This document shows positions 49,992 through 62,589 of a stretch of DNA of 64,000 nt, in pieces. The DNA is taken from the NCBI GenBank assembly GCA_008632985.1, contig QPGO01000160.1, forward strand, positions 1 to 64,000. Direction: 5' to 3'. Each line of letters starts with the position of its first letter. Position 1 is the first letter of the stretch. The notes below the pieces were generated by a model, which saw nothing but the letters and a program-made list of their open reading frames with translations, ran no database searches and was not told where the DNA came from. The DNA comes from Psammoneis japonica. Taxonomy: Eukaryota. A program made the position numbers and the translations under genes.

Positions 49992-52900
49992 ATGAACTCG
50001 ACAAGCTCTGCTGCTGAATCAAGCCCCATCATCAACCATGGCAAGAGTCATAATCGATTTGTGTCATCGACAGCAACAGGCAATGAAGTGCTCCGTAGCA
50101 AGTGCAACGATGCCTTTCGACTACTCTCCAAGTATCTGCTGCTTGGCTGTAATGTAGGTGCCTGGTGCTACACGAATGGTATGAATGGCATCGCTACGCA
50201 GTCCTTTGCGGCTAAAATGGGAGACCGTCATTCCATGGCCCTAGAGAACTATGTGGCAGTGACATCCATTGTGACTGCCGCACAATTGGGACTGGGTGCG
50301 ATTCTTGGATTGGTAATCATTTGGCTTATGCAACGACTGCAATGTTGGGAGAGGCCAATAAAATCGTATCAAACCACTGATCAGGAATCTGCACTGTCCT
50401 TGCTATCTTTACTGCACAGTTGCGGTTCTCTTTTTACCAATTTGGGCTTCATGTTTGGTTCGGCGTCACTTGTGCAAATTTTGAAGCTTCTGGAGCCTTT
50501 TGAAACGCTCGTTTTTAGTCGAACGTTGCTACCGCAAGAGACATCAATCTCTTTTGGACTTATTGGCAGCATGGCATTGATTGTTGGTGGAGCCGTCTCG
50601 CTAATCACTGCAAGACCGAGTTCTCCACAAACTCTTTCAATGTTGTTTGCCATACTTTCCGGTTTGAGTCTCTCCCTACGAAACGTGCTACAAAGAAAAA
50701 AGCATGTATCTGAAGCAAAGACCACGGGTTCTTCAAACACCAGCAAAGTGCAGCGGGCAGTGTATCAGTTTCATCGAATCTCATTGGAATCGTTTGTCGT
50801 CATGGCGGTCTTTGCTTTCGTGTGGAATGGATTCTTGGCCTTTGCGTCAAAGCGATTCCGAACAATCCTTTATGGCTTTTCGAAAAGCGATTGGGGTTTT
50901 CTGATGTGGCATCCCTCTTACAATGCCTTTTCTATGATTGTCTTGGGATGCTGTTCGGCTCTCACACATTCCTTACTGAATGTTGGGAAGCGCGTCTCGG
51001 CTGCAGTTATGGCCATTGTTTGGTTCCACGAAAATGTTGGACTTTCCATGGCGTATGGATTTGCTGCTGTTGCCGTCGGTGGCTGCTGGTATGCCATGGA
51101 GTCTAAGAAGCCCAAACAGAGTTGCAACGTCACAATGCACCATCACAATTGGTATAGGATTTTGATTCTATTCACAATTCAAGTTTTGGTCTTGACATTG
51201 GTCTTGACACGCGTGTTCCTTCCAACCGAGGAAAACATGGGAGCAGCTGAGAACCCCTTTCACTTGTTAAGAACAAACGCAAAGACCAGTTGGACGAGAA
51301 ACAACGTGTCCATATTTCTCGAGAATGACGTGTCTTACAATTGTACTGTGAGATTCAAAGACCCTGAAATGTCCCTCTGCTACTTTGTTCCGTACGACAT
51401 GAACTTTGGTGACGCGTTGGGACCGGCGGTCATCCAGAAACTGCTGGAAAACCACTTCGGATGTTCCGCTCAGAATGTTTCCCTTCTCGACTTGGCCCTT
51501 GGGGGTCAAAAACAGCGAAAACATCGCACGTGCCTCTTTGGATTGGGATCTATCTTTCACTACATTAAAACAGGAGACCACATTTGGGGTACCGGCATAA
51601 ATCCAAGGTGGCAAAAGCGATATCCAAAATCTGCGACTCCTTACTCGGTTCGTGGTCCAAAAACAGAGGTACTGGCTCTCAAGCATTTGAATGTTCCCGA
51701 GAGCACTAGTATTGGCAATGGTGATCCTGGTAAGAAGTAATGGAATTCAAAGTAATGAAACGTTTGTTTCTGTGGCATTATTTTCTTATAAGCGTACTTT
51801 GCTTTCCCCCGATTAACAGGATTTCTAATTCCATTCTTGTACAAAGAATATAAACGAAAGAATGCGACAAAGTCTTCGGCGCATCGCATGTGCTTCGTTC
51901 CTCATTATCACGACCGAAAAGAAAAGGCGGTTTTGTCTCCTGGAAACGTTCAAATTATTTCGGTCCAACAAGACTGGCGTTCTGTTTTGTCGCTCATGGG
52001 AGAGTGTGATTTTGTGGCGTCATCGTCTCTTCATGGGATAATTATTGCCGACGCTTTAGGAATCCCCACGATGTGGTTCCAATTCTCACGGTCAAAAACC
52101 GCCACCACAGCAGGCGATTTCAAGTATCTCGACTACTTCGAGAGTATCAACAGATCCGTGGCAAAACCTGAGAGCGATTTTTCGAACATTTTTAATGTCG
52201 ATCTCTATCAACCTTTTATTCCACTTTCGGAACGAAAGTTGATTGCCCAGCGGACTGCAGAGTCCTTTCCAATGCATTTGTTTGAATCGATTCCTTGGCA
52301 TTCTTTTGATTCTGTTTCAACGCACTTGCCTGTGTCGTTATCAGCGGATTCTACTCCATCAAACATCAATGCCAATCGGACGCTGGTTGTGATTCTGGGT
52401 AATTTACGAGGCGGCGAATCGGCATGGCAAACCTTGTACAAGCACGTACTGGACAAAAACAATGCCGATTTGGCGCTGTCGATCGGTGAAGTGCCACCCG
52501 AGCAACGAAATTCTTCATTGTACGCAAGAGCCAAGTATCTCTGGGAATTTCGGGAATATGATGATTGGGCTGACCTGAGCAAACTGGATCCCTCCTTGAT
52601 GTGGGTCCCGAAGTTCAGTGATTTTGGAGGAGTGACTGACCGACATGTGGTCTGCAACAATCGTCAGATTCTTAGGGCTTTGGACATTCTTCCACACATG
52701 ATAGAGCATCCAGAGCTTTATATTGCAAACATGAAAACTACAAAGGATAATCCCGAAAAGTTACTTTTGAAACGTTGGGAGATGGAGAATCTTGTGCCCG
52801 AGTTGAAAAGGTTTGATCGCACGTTTTTTACGTGCGCAAGTGAAGGTGATAAGACACGGTGGCAAACCCCCACAGATTACACCGTAGAGGAAGGTGTTCA

Positions 52901-53000
52901 TCTCAAGTATGGGATTGAATATAAAGCAGCAAAGTGCACCTGCAAAGGGGGTGTCGCGAAAAAACTTTTTGCACTTGAAATCGTGTCATGCAAAAAATGA
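49992..53000 (+). CDS. Fusion: TPT/nucleotide-sugar-family transporter, polysaccharide pyruvyltransferase and an unassigned C-terminal domain
   Basis: Multi-TM N-half with KLLEP and THSLLNVGKRV; NFGD, GLGSI, IWGTG, SVRGP, GDPG, PHY, SSSLHGIIIADALGIP; frame-preserving intron 51730-51819. Confidence 0.85.
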
Positions 53001-53249
53001 CGCCATGGTCGCACCTTCAAAACCAAAGCCGTGAGCACCACTGTACAGAGGGCCATTGCAGGTGACGCGCTTGAGTCTACGTCATATTCGATGCAGACTG
53101 CAGCAATCTTTTTGAGCTAGAGGCTCTCTAGTCTAGAGAGGTAGTTTACGGTGCTCTATGATGTAATTCTCTGACTGTAGAGGTGCTTCTTGCTCTCGTT
53201 CATACCCACACACAGCGTCATTCAGAGCGCGCGCATCTATCACTCGTCT

Positions 53250-54887
53250 GTCTAAAATGTCTGGCTGTCATCCGCACACAGTCTTACCATGTGAGTTGTT
53301 TTTGTTGTCACAAGGTGGAGGAAATTTGATGCCACCATGCTGGGCAGTTATTTTCACTTTCCATGCTGTTTGTCATGTTGGGCGGTTGCTTCTCCAACAA
53401 CTGATTGAGCAAATGATTCCCATGGAGTCTGCGCAACAATGCTCGTTTTTTTGTTTTTTTGCTGATGCCTCGGCGGGGGCAAATGTGCGCTAGAACATGT
53501 TTTTTGGCAACGTGCAAATTGACAAAATTTTCCATTTTTTGTGCATCACCGGGCCCTGGAACACATCAACAGCATCCACTCTAACATTGGCACTTGTGAT
53601 GGCGTCGCGGCTGGTGGTGCCATGCTCAACTGCCAAGCGCTGCTTTGCACACAAAAAATCTGTGTGGGCATCGTCAACAACTTGTTGGAATTCTTGGAGC
53701 CCCTTCCATGGTGCAAAGTGGCAACATTTTGCAGCTGCAATGACAAAACAACATGGGAACCACCTCACATCTCAATTTGGTGCTCAACAAGCAGTGCTTG
53801 CAAGCAGGTGCTCAAGTTGGGGTGTGGAGACTTTCATGTGGCAAAATTGGCCAAAGAAAAGAGTTGGCAGAACATGGGTCATCTCAGTTGTTGTTGGTGG
53901 GGTTTGATTGTGAAAACTCTGCACCACCTGCTGAACAGATTCTGCTGCACAAATGTTGTGGTTGACACTTGACCTTCAATCAAGAGCTGCCCAAGAGCCA
54001 TCATTTGTTTTGCCCCAATTTGTTGGCAGGGATGGCAGGGCTTCATTTTGAGAGAGGAGGAGCCATCTTCTCACAATTTTTGCAGCAATTGGTGGCAAGG
54101 ATGCAACAAAAAGTCCCAAATGTGTTGCTCAGAGTCAGTTTGTGATGCAAACCTGTGGTTCACAGTGTGCTTGCGCAGCTGCAAACCAGACATTTTTGCA
54201 CACAAAAATGAAAGAAAAACTCAGTGTTTTGCATCTCCATTCAGCCCCAGAGGTGAAGAGCACATTTGTTGCAGGACATCATGTTGTTGAGAATTTTCTG
54301 GTTGAGGCTGTTGGGAGGACAGGAAGCTGCCGCTTTTCCACACAGCTCAGCAACACACAGCTTGAGTTGTCACTTTGGAAGCGCAGATCTTTCTGTGACA
54401 GCACCTGTTTTTGGTTTGGCAACTTCAGGTGAGTGACAAAAAAGCACTCAAAATGACAGTGTTGAAAATGCTTTGGCTCTTGTGTGCAGGTTGAAGTGTC
54501 TCACCTCACTTTGGAAATTGTTGGAGCTGTGTGCCACAAAGTTTCAATTTTTTTTGTGTCTGCCACCGCAAATTCACATGGCAGCAAGACAAGTTGTGCT
54601 CTCTCCAGGCAGTCAAACAGGAATCACCCCCTTTTTGTGCCATCACCTTGGCCTTCACCAATGTAATTGACTGGGGCATCATTTCCGTCTGTGCTGGTTG
54701 CTGCTGAACGGTGAATTTGTGCAGTGCCATGAGATCTGGTGGATGATGGTGCATGCCAACAGGAGGACCGGGCGCCTTCCTGAGCCACCGGTCATGCTCA
54801 CAATTGCATGTGTTTGGCATCTGAGCTCTTTTTTGAAAACCTCATTGTTGCAATGGAAATCTGATGGAACAAAATCATCCGGTCTCA
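53250..54887. mobile_element. Old unclassified repeat relic, homologous to 33240-34350 and 41295-41660
   Basis: Collinear shared sequence blocks; TA/CG-depleted. Confidence 0.65.
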
Positions 54888-55099
54888 CTGGCCTCGAAAA
54901 GTTGGTCATCGGTGCCCCACAGAAAAACCGTTGAAAATGACCCTCTGACCTCGGGACAATTTGTTTCCCTGTTGCACCTCTCATTCTTCCGAAGAGCAAA
55001 GCAACAACCAGATAGTTTTAATCGCTGTCTTGAGGCTGAGGATGCCTTCAGCCGCATTGTTTGTTGTGTTCGCTCACAGGGATGCCACATTTCATTGTG

Positions 55100-57308
55100 G
55101 CAAATGTGCCACCACCACCAGGAGCAGGACAAGGACCGCCACCTGCGGTGAATCCGAATGCAGGAGGTCAACCGGCACAAGCCGCAGCACCTCACGCAAA
55201 CGTTGCACCACAACTGGGGGCAGCCCAACCAGTGCCACCAGTTCATCCGGTGCAAGGAGGAGCTGGAGCACTGCCCCCACCGGTGCAGCCAGTTGCTGCG
55301 CCGCCCCAGCAGCCACCGACAGTGCCCTTGCCAATGCCGGTCATCGACACATGCCAGGCATGCCACTCCACGATCAACGATGACCCGCATGGCGGTGAAT
55401 GTGCCAACCCGATGTTGGATTTTGCGGCTGTTGTAAATGGCAATGCAAGGCACGGGGCGAACGTGCTTGTGGAACGAGTCGCATCTGCCTCGACGCACAA
55501 CATGCCCATGGCTGTGGTTCTCCACTGCTGCGACCCCAACGCAGACGCGGCGGATCCGGGCCGCATTCAAGTCTGCCATCGCATTGCTCTGCATCCAACC
55601 ACGGTCGCAGGGCCACCCCAGCCATGGGATTGTGACCTTCCCGGATGCGCATTTTGCGTTGGCCGCACCAGGGACTTGGGTTCCTGCTGATGCGGCTCTA
55701 GCAGCTCATGTCACCGCTGTGCCCGATGGGTTGCACCCGGCTGCAGCAGCGCACGATGCAGACTCAGAGGAGGCACGGACGAGAGGAACCATGTTCGTGC
55801 CCTTCAATTTGGTCAAGCTGCTGCCACCAGAGCCGTTGACCCCCAAGGAGGTGTGCACTCACGCACATGGAGTGCTTGACGCAGCCAACAAAGTGGCCAA
55901 TTGCCGGGCACTTCTGGATTTTCTTCGCATCGCATGTGTCGCGACACAAGCCAGTGGCGAGGAGTCGGCGGTTTGCATGGAGTGGCCTGCTCTCCCGCAA
56001 CCGCCTGACGAGCATCTGATTCGTTTCTTTGATCAACGCGTGCAGCATGACCTTCCTGGATTCAAGGCACCGGCTGCACCGGGACCGCAGTTCCAGCCGG
56101 TCATTCGTGCTGTCGACGACCTCACCGCGGAACAACGGCAACAGCGTTTGGATGCCCAAGCCCACCAACAGGCTGCCGATCGCGGAAAGATGCCGGTGCA
56201 GTTCTGCGGAGAACACAGCATCATAAAACTTGTGAGATTGTGCCAGGTGCATCAAGAGAATCAGCTTCCGCCCTTTTGGCAACGTTTGGCCACTGCACCC
56301 AAGACTGGGCAGATCGCCACAGTGCAGAATGCTGTGGACGAGCAACGCCAGGCACAGAACGTGCACTTTGAGGTCCCAATTTCAGTCAGCATGGTCACCA
56401 AGCTCATTCAACTCTCATTGGCCGGACATGACAAAGACAATCTCACCCAAGGTGTCAATCCTTTCATTTTCGGACTTGCCACTCCTCAACAGGTGGAACA
56501 GATTGCGCGCCGTGCGGCCATGTGCCACCAGATTCACGGTGGAATGGGCATGCCCTCCCTGTCCGACACTGTGGTTCTTGAAGCACCGGACGACGCGAAG
56601 GTCACCACCACTGTGCAGGCGGTCCAGCATTCGCTTGATGGACTTTGGGTGGTCCTGTCTGCGGCCTCAGGTGCCACCCACCCGGTCGTCCGTTACCTCA
56701 TGGACCTTCACCGCTCTTTGGACGTTTACGTCAATGATCTTGCACTGCAGATGATGCACTGCCCTGCGCTGCCTGCAGATTTCCAGCGCTGTGTCCAGAT
56801 CGAAATCCATCATTGGTTTGAGGATCAAGAATCCATGCATAATCCCGCTCCATTCACGCCCAAGAATGTCATCTACGAGGTGGCCAAGGGTGCCATGAAT
56901 TGGCAGCATCCACTGCCAATCGCCGTCCGACCCCAAGCCCCACCAACATGCGGCCCGACGGGACCGCTTCAGCACTCTGGATCGCCCCAAGCACCTGCAC
57001 CCACATCCGCTGGGCAAGCTCAGACCCCGGGCGACAACTCTGTTGTTCGCAATGAGAACTGCGATGACCGTTTTTCTGCCGTTCGTGACTGCCCGAACGT
57101 GCGCTCATGTGATGTCAAGCAGCGCTGCGCTCGCAACAACATTGCCTTGCCCGTTGACTCGAATGGCACTGCCTGTTGCCTCCCCTGCCACATCAAGGGC
57201 CAGTGCAACACCAACCGTGGTTCCCGCAATGACCATCACGGACGCCACACCGATGCAGAGCAGGCTGCACTCTTAGAGTGGGCCACGGAGCATTGGAAGA
57301 CCGAATGA
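55100..57308 (+). pseudogene. Ngaro gag-like ORF1 with C-terminal Cys/His finger
   Basis: Pro/Gln/Ala-rich start, frameshift near 55630, CLPCHIKGQC...NDH. Confidence 0.7.
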
Positions 57309-59520
57309 GAATTCGGCAGCGGTGTCGGTTCGGGGACCGACTGTCTTTTCATCTGGAACTGGTGATGGCTCCAGACCCGCCACCCCCGCAGGCAGAGAAC
57401 CCATGCGCTCAGCAGAGCCATGGTCGTCCCACCCTTTGTGGGCAAACCATTGCTGGCTCTGAGCTGGACAAATTGGGTGAGCAAATTCTTGAGGACACTT
57501 CTGCACTTCGTCAAAAAGGTCTCAGTTACCTCCTTTGCCATCGTGGGAAGAGAGGAGACTGGGGTCAGCTCTGCAAGGCCGCAGGGCATCCAGCCCACAG
57601 GCTCTTGCGCCACTGCCGAACACGGGGAGCGCCCATCACGGTCGCCGATTCCCCGTGGACGGCCGAAGAGCTAGAAGCAAGCATCGCCAGGGGGCCACAC
57701 AAGTCCGCTTACGAGCACATCGATTTTTTGCAGGAAGACATGCACGACTGCGTTGAGAAAGGTTTTTGGGTTGTGCTGCCGTACGATGAGGTGAAGAGCA
57801 TTCCTGGTCCACGCATTGGCCCGATGGGAGTTGCACCACAACATGCCAGACGGCCCCGTCCCATTGTTGATTGCTCCCACTTTGGGGTCAATCAAGCCAC
57901 GCAGCCCAACGCCCCCATGGGGGCAATGCAATTCGGCTGGACTTTGGACTGCCCACTTTGGCGTGTCCTCCTCGCCAACCCGAAAAAGGGTCGAGTCTAT
58001 CTGATGAAGATTGACCTTTTGGATGGCTTCTACAGAGTCTTCTTGTCTGAAGATCGTGCACCTTTGTTGGGCGTTTCTTTCCCACACTCACCAGGCGAGC
58101 CACGCCTCGTGGCCATTCCGACATGTCTGCCCATGGGATGGACTGATTCGCCACCGATCTTCAGTGCAGGTACAGAGACTGTGGCTGACTTGTCAAATCA
58201 GGCCTTGCTCCATAATGTCACAGCACCGCCACACCGATTGGAGAAATTCGCCGAGAGCCGTCCACCGACACATCAACCGACGCCGCCATCGGACCCTGCG
58301 CTCTCTGTTCCCGTTCCACCCAAATCCGACCCACATCTAAACCACTCTAAACGTCGGCGTTTAGCGTGCATCGACGTTTATGTTGACGACTTTATCGGTG
58401 CAGCACAGGGCGACAAGACCGCCCGCCGCAACGTGCACTGAGTTGTCATGCATGCCATCGACGACATCTTTCGCCCCACCGATTCCCATGACTCGCCCAC
58501 TCGCAAGGAGCCCATGTCCGTCAAAAAGCTCTGCAAGGGCAATGCAACGTGGACCACACAGAAGGAGGTCCTCGGTTGGTTGATCGACACTCAGTCGATG
58601 ACCTTGCGGCTAACACCACGCCGCCGAGAGCGCCTTCGCCAAACACTGCACCAGGACTTTCCCCGGAGCCGCCGCCGCACCACTGTCCTTGATTGCCAGA
58701 AGCTCTTGGGCGAATTGCGTTCGCTCGCTGTTGCCTTGCCCGGAGCCCGAGGACTTTTCTCCGTTCTGCAGGAGAATCTCCGCCACGCTGCACCCGACAC
58801 ATGCCTCCGGCTTGCGGAGAACGTGCGCACCATTCTTGATGATTTTCGAGACCTCTGCACAATGCTGGATGCACGCCCCACCCGCATTCAAGAGCTGGTC
58901 CCATTGGAACCTGCTGTTGGTGGTTGTCACGACGCAGCCGGCCATGGTGCTGGTGGCGTCCTCCTGCCAACTCCCACAGCCACGCCACGGGCCACTCAAC
59001 TCCACACTGGCACCGGACGTGTCCGCCCTCACACATGCCTGGGCCCCATTGCATGGCGCATGCCCTTTCCCAGGGACACAACTGCCAGACTTGCCACCTG
59101 CGAGAATCCCAAGGGTCCCATCACCAACACCAACCTTGAGCTCGCAGGCAGCTTCATTCAGTCCTGCGCCATCGCGGATTGCTGCGACATCAGGGAACGA
59201 ACCTTCCTTTCCCGCACCGACAACCTCGGCACCATGTTTCAGCAACGCAAAGGAGCCAGCACGACCATCAAACCAGCCTCCCATCTCCTCCGGGGCCAAG
59301 CATGCCACCAACACTGTCGCCGTTATGTTGGCCTCCACGACTGTCTCCCCGGCTGCCTCAACGGCGCAGCAGACGATGCTTCTCGCATGCAACGCCTCTC
59401 TGACACTGATTTCTTGCACCATTTTGACTCTGCTTGTCCACAGATCTCCTCCTGGCGAATGTGGACCCCACCACCCGCGCTGCGTTCATTCGTGATCTCA
59501 GCGCTGCGCAGCATGCCGTT
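57278..59520 (+). pseudogene. Ngaro reverse transcriptase and RNase H
   Basis: KIDLLDGFY, LPMGWTDSP, YVDDF, HDAAG, LELAG, TDN, NGAADDASR; in-frame TGA at 58439. Confidence 0.9.
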
Positions 59521-60605
59521 GCCCATGGCGTCACTGCTTCAAGATCCTCCGCCGCCGACACCCACTGGAGTCTCTGGTCCAACTTCTGCACCCAACTGGC
59601 CCTCGATCCACTCCTCGAAGACGTTTCCGACCCCGTCATCTACCTTCAAGTCTTCCCACATCGGTTCCGAACTGGCGCCATCGCCCCCCGCGGAAATCCC
59701 ATCCGCGCACGCACCGCTGAGGATGCCGCATGTTCGGTTGGACAAACGTTTGTGGCAATGGGGACCAAAGACCCCCGACTCACATCCCAAGGCCAATTGG
59801 ACTTCCGCCTTAGCCAACAAATTCGCTGTTGTAAGAAAGAGGATCCTCCACCCGACCGGGTCAAACCAGTCCCCGTTGCAGTTCTCTTTTGGGTGCTCCA
59901 TGCCGCCGCAATCACACCCCATGTTGGAACAAAAGCCATTGCCAGCATGATTGCGCTGGCTCACTTTTTTCTCCTTGGCCTGGTGAATGCACCGCCACCC
60001 CATCTGACACCACCCCCTTCCGCCTCGCTGATGCACGGCTCTCCTCGGGCAGTGTTTACCTTGACATTTGGACAGCCACCGACGCCCAACTCAATGCCGC
60101 CACATTCGCAACGCTTGCATTCACCGATCAAAAGAACGGCGTCCGCGGTGAAGTCATCAGTTTAGGCTGCTCTGACCACCCCCAATTTTGCCCTGTCCTC
60201 GCGCTCATTGAGCGCGTCAAGCACCTTCGTGCTCATGGAGCGCTCCCAGACTCCCTGCTGGGAGTTTGTTTTGCCAATCATCGATGGCATCGTGTTTCAC
60301 TGGTGGACATCTCCTCCATGCTGCGCACCGCCATCGTTGCCATTGGCCCCGCCAACCTGGGTTTCAACCCCACCGACATCTCGGCCCGTTGTCTCTGCGC
60401 CGCCGGTGCCATGACTTTGCTTTGCGCCCTCGTTGACACCGACGTCATCCGGCTCTTGGGCCGGTGGCAATCGGACGAGATGCTTCATTGCCTTCATCTC
60501 CAGGCTGAACCCATCATGTGCAACTTCGCCAGATGCATGTTGGCAGGTGGAGATTTCGTCCTCCACCCAAATGCGGAGGTTCCCGTTCACCCGGAACCTC
60601 CGTGA
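59434..60605 (+). pseudogene. Ngaro tyrosine recombinase, frameshifted
   Basis: HFFLL/PGEC, DQKNG, CPVLAL, SARCLCAAGA, GRWQSDEMLHCLH. Confidence 0.85.
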
Positions 60606-61524
60606 TTCACCACCAGCCCGCTGGCCGGGCCCACCCACCCACCCAAGACTCGTGGCCCGTTCCGACTCCACATCTTCATTGGGAGGCGCTGGCGGCCCTG
60701 CCATCCAGCTTGGGATTTGGAGAGGCGTCATGTGCACTGGTGAAGCACTCTCCACTCCCAACCGCCTGTCCCACTCACCACCTAGCCTCCCAATCCGGGT
60801 CGACCGAAGGACGAACGAGAAAAGCGGCGGCAGCCGCTGGCCTCGAAAAGTCCAACGGACGAGAGGGGCCTGTGACCGTTGGTCATCGGTGCCCCACAGA
60901 AAAACCGTTGAAAATGACCCTCTGACCTCGGGACGATTTGTTTCCCTGTTGCACCTCTCATTCTTCCGAAGAGCAAAGCAACAACTAGACAGTTTTAATC
61001 GCTCCCACCTCTCCCGCCCTCTGGCCCTGCCGTCCAGCTTGGGATTTGGAGAGGCGTCATGTGCACTAGTAAAGCACTCTCCACTCCTAACCACCTGTCC
61101 CACTCACTACCTAGCCTCCCAATCCGGGTCGACCGAAGGACGAACGAGAAAAGCGGCGGTAGCCGCCCAGAAACGTCTACAACAGGCTAAAGAGCAATCA
61201 ACCTTGTCTTATGAAAGTTACAGAACAAAAATCATGAGAACCCTCCAACCATTGAGACAAAGCCATTCATAGTTATGCATGGAAGGTGATGCGTCCTGTG
61301 GAAGAAGAGAAGAATGGAATAACAACCACACGAAAAAGGACCAGCTTTTGCGCAAAGTTGCAATTCAGAGAACGAGTTCTCAACGCACGGGACGAGCTGT
61401 TGCTTTCAAGTCCAGGGACTAGGCTACAAGTGGAATCTAACCGCAAGGGTTGTTTTCAGATTGTGCTTCGCCTCAATCCATTATTGACATTTCTACACCG
61501 CCCAAATCACCATGATGATTATTT

Positions 61525-62280
61525 TCAGCTGCATACATCGTGTTCTTGTTGAGCGTCTTGCTGCTTTACAATGGCTTGATGGACAATGGATTCAGTGACA
61601 TGGATCGATCGGCGTTTCCAATACAAAAGAGTCGGTGGCACAATGTAGAGCAAATGCCACAACACCATGTTGTAGGGAAAGCCACCCAGGTCGGTAAAGC
61701 CTACAAGAATCCACACGTAATAGACCAAAAAGGGCATTCCAAGAACTAGCATCAAAAGGTTGATGCAATATACGCGCCCAAGCCTCTTTTTCCATTCCTC
61801 GGGGTACATTCCAGATCGTGGATGCCACCGTAGCACTCTCAATTCGACGGAACTCCCAACATCAATTTCCTCTTGCGTGTGAACTATGATTTCGAGCACT
61901 TGTACCAACACGGTATAATCAATAGTAATACGAAACGAGTTGCGCTGTGGAACCAAATCAACCACTACTCCATACAAGGACTCTGCCATGGAATCATCAA
62001 GATAGGCCTTGTTGAATTTATGAGTGGTCCAGAGTGTTGCAACCGGACGCACGCCGAGAAACAACACGTTCAACATCAACACGATTCCCACAGCGGTGAT
62101 GAAATTGAAAATTGCTACGTCAATATCACCCGTGCCCCCTTTTAAGCACTTCACACCAATCCAAATGTATACAATGGTCCACAAGAAGAGAATTACGAGA
62201 AATTGGCACCTTGTAGTACTCCTGTAGCAGAATAACAGGCTGCTGCACCATGATGATTCGAAGTTGTCAAGTCCCGGCAT
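61525..62280 (-). CDS. Hypothetical membrane protein (about four TM segments)
   Basis: 251-aa ORF with hydrophobic segments and normal Tyr content. Confidence 0.6.
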   Translation of the reverse strand: MPGLDNFESSWCSSLLFCYRSTTRCQFLVILFLWTIVYIWIGVKCLKGGTGDIDVAIFNFITAVGIVLMLNVLFLGVRPVATLWTTHKFNKAYLDDSMAESLYGVVVDLVPQRNSFRITIDYTVLVQVLEIIVHTQEEIDVGSSVELRVLRWHPRSGMYPEEWKKRLGRVYCINLLMLVLGMPFLVYYVWILVGFTDLGGFPYNMVLWHLLYIVPPTLLYWKRRSIHVTESIVHQAIVKQQDAQQEHDVCS

Positions 62281-62589
62281 GCTTTTACCCGTGTTTGTTT
62301 CGAAATATCACAGTGTATATTCGATTATCTGATACAGAAAGGGGTACAAGACTGAGTAAGTAATAACAAATAAGCTTGTTACTCTTGCTATAAAGAAAAG
62401 TAGCAACAACAACGACAACAACACACACTCTCTAACTGCAGGAGTTCTCAGATTTTTGCGTTGGAGGGAAGTCTGATGGCTTTAGTACGGAGAGCTACGT
62501 AGTTTCTACGTGACCGCTCTGTCACTCACCATATTATTCAACGCAACACTTGCTATTGTGCCTGCAACAACAACGATCAGCAACATATT

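Larger units (their letters stand above)
54888..61166 (+). mobile_element. Ngaro-type tyrosine-recombinase retrotransposon with split direct repeats A1-ORFs-B1-A2-B2
   Basis: A1 54888-55026 matches A2 60838-61003 (A1 lacks 28 bp); B1 60694-60837 matches B2 61023-61166; gag, RT/RH and YR ORFs in order. Confidence 0.92.

Noticed and set aside
54590..54640. SGNH hydrolase (GDS motif) accessory gene of Ngaro
   Set aside because: Lies outside the A1 boundary, and the motif differs in the homologous copy (KGDNS)
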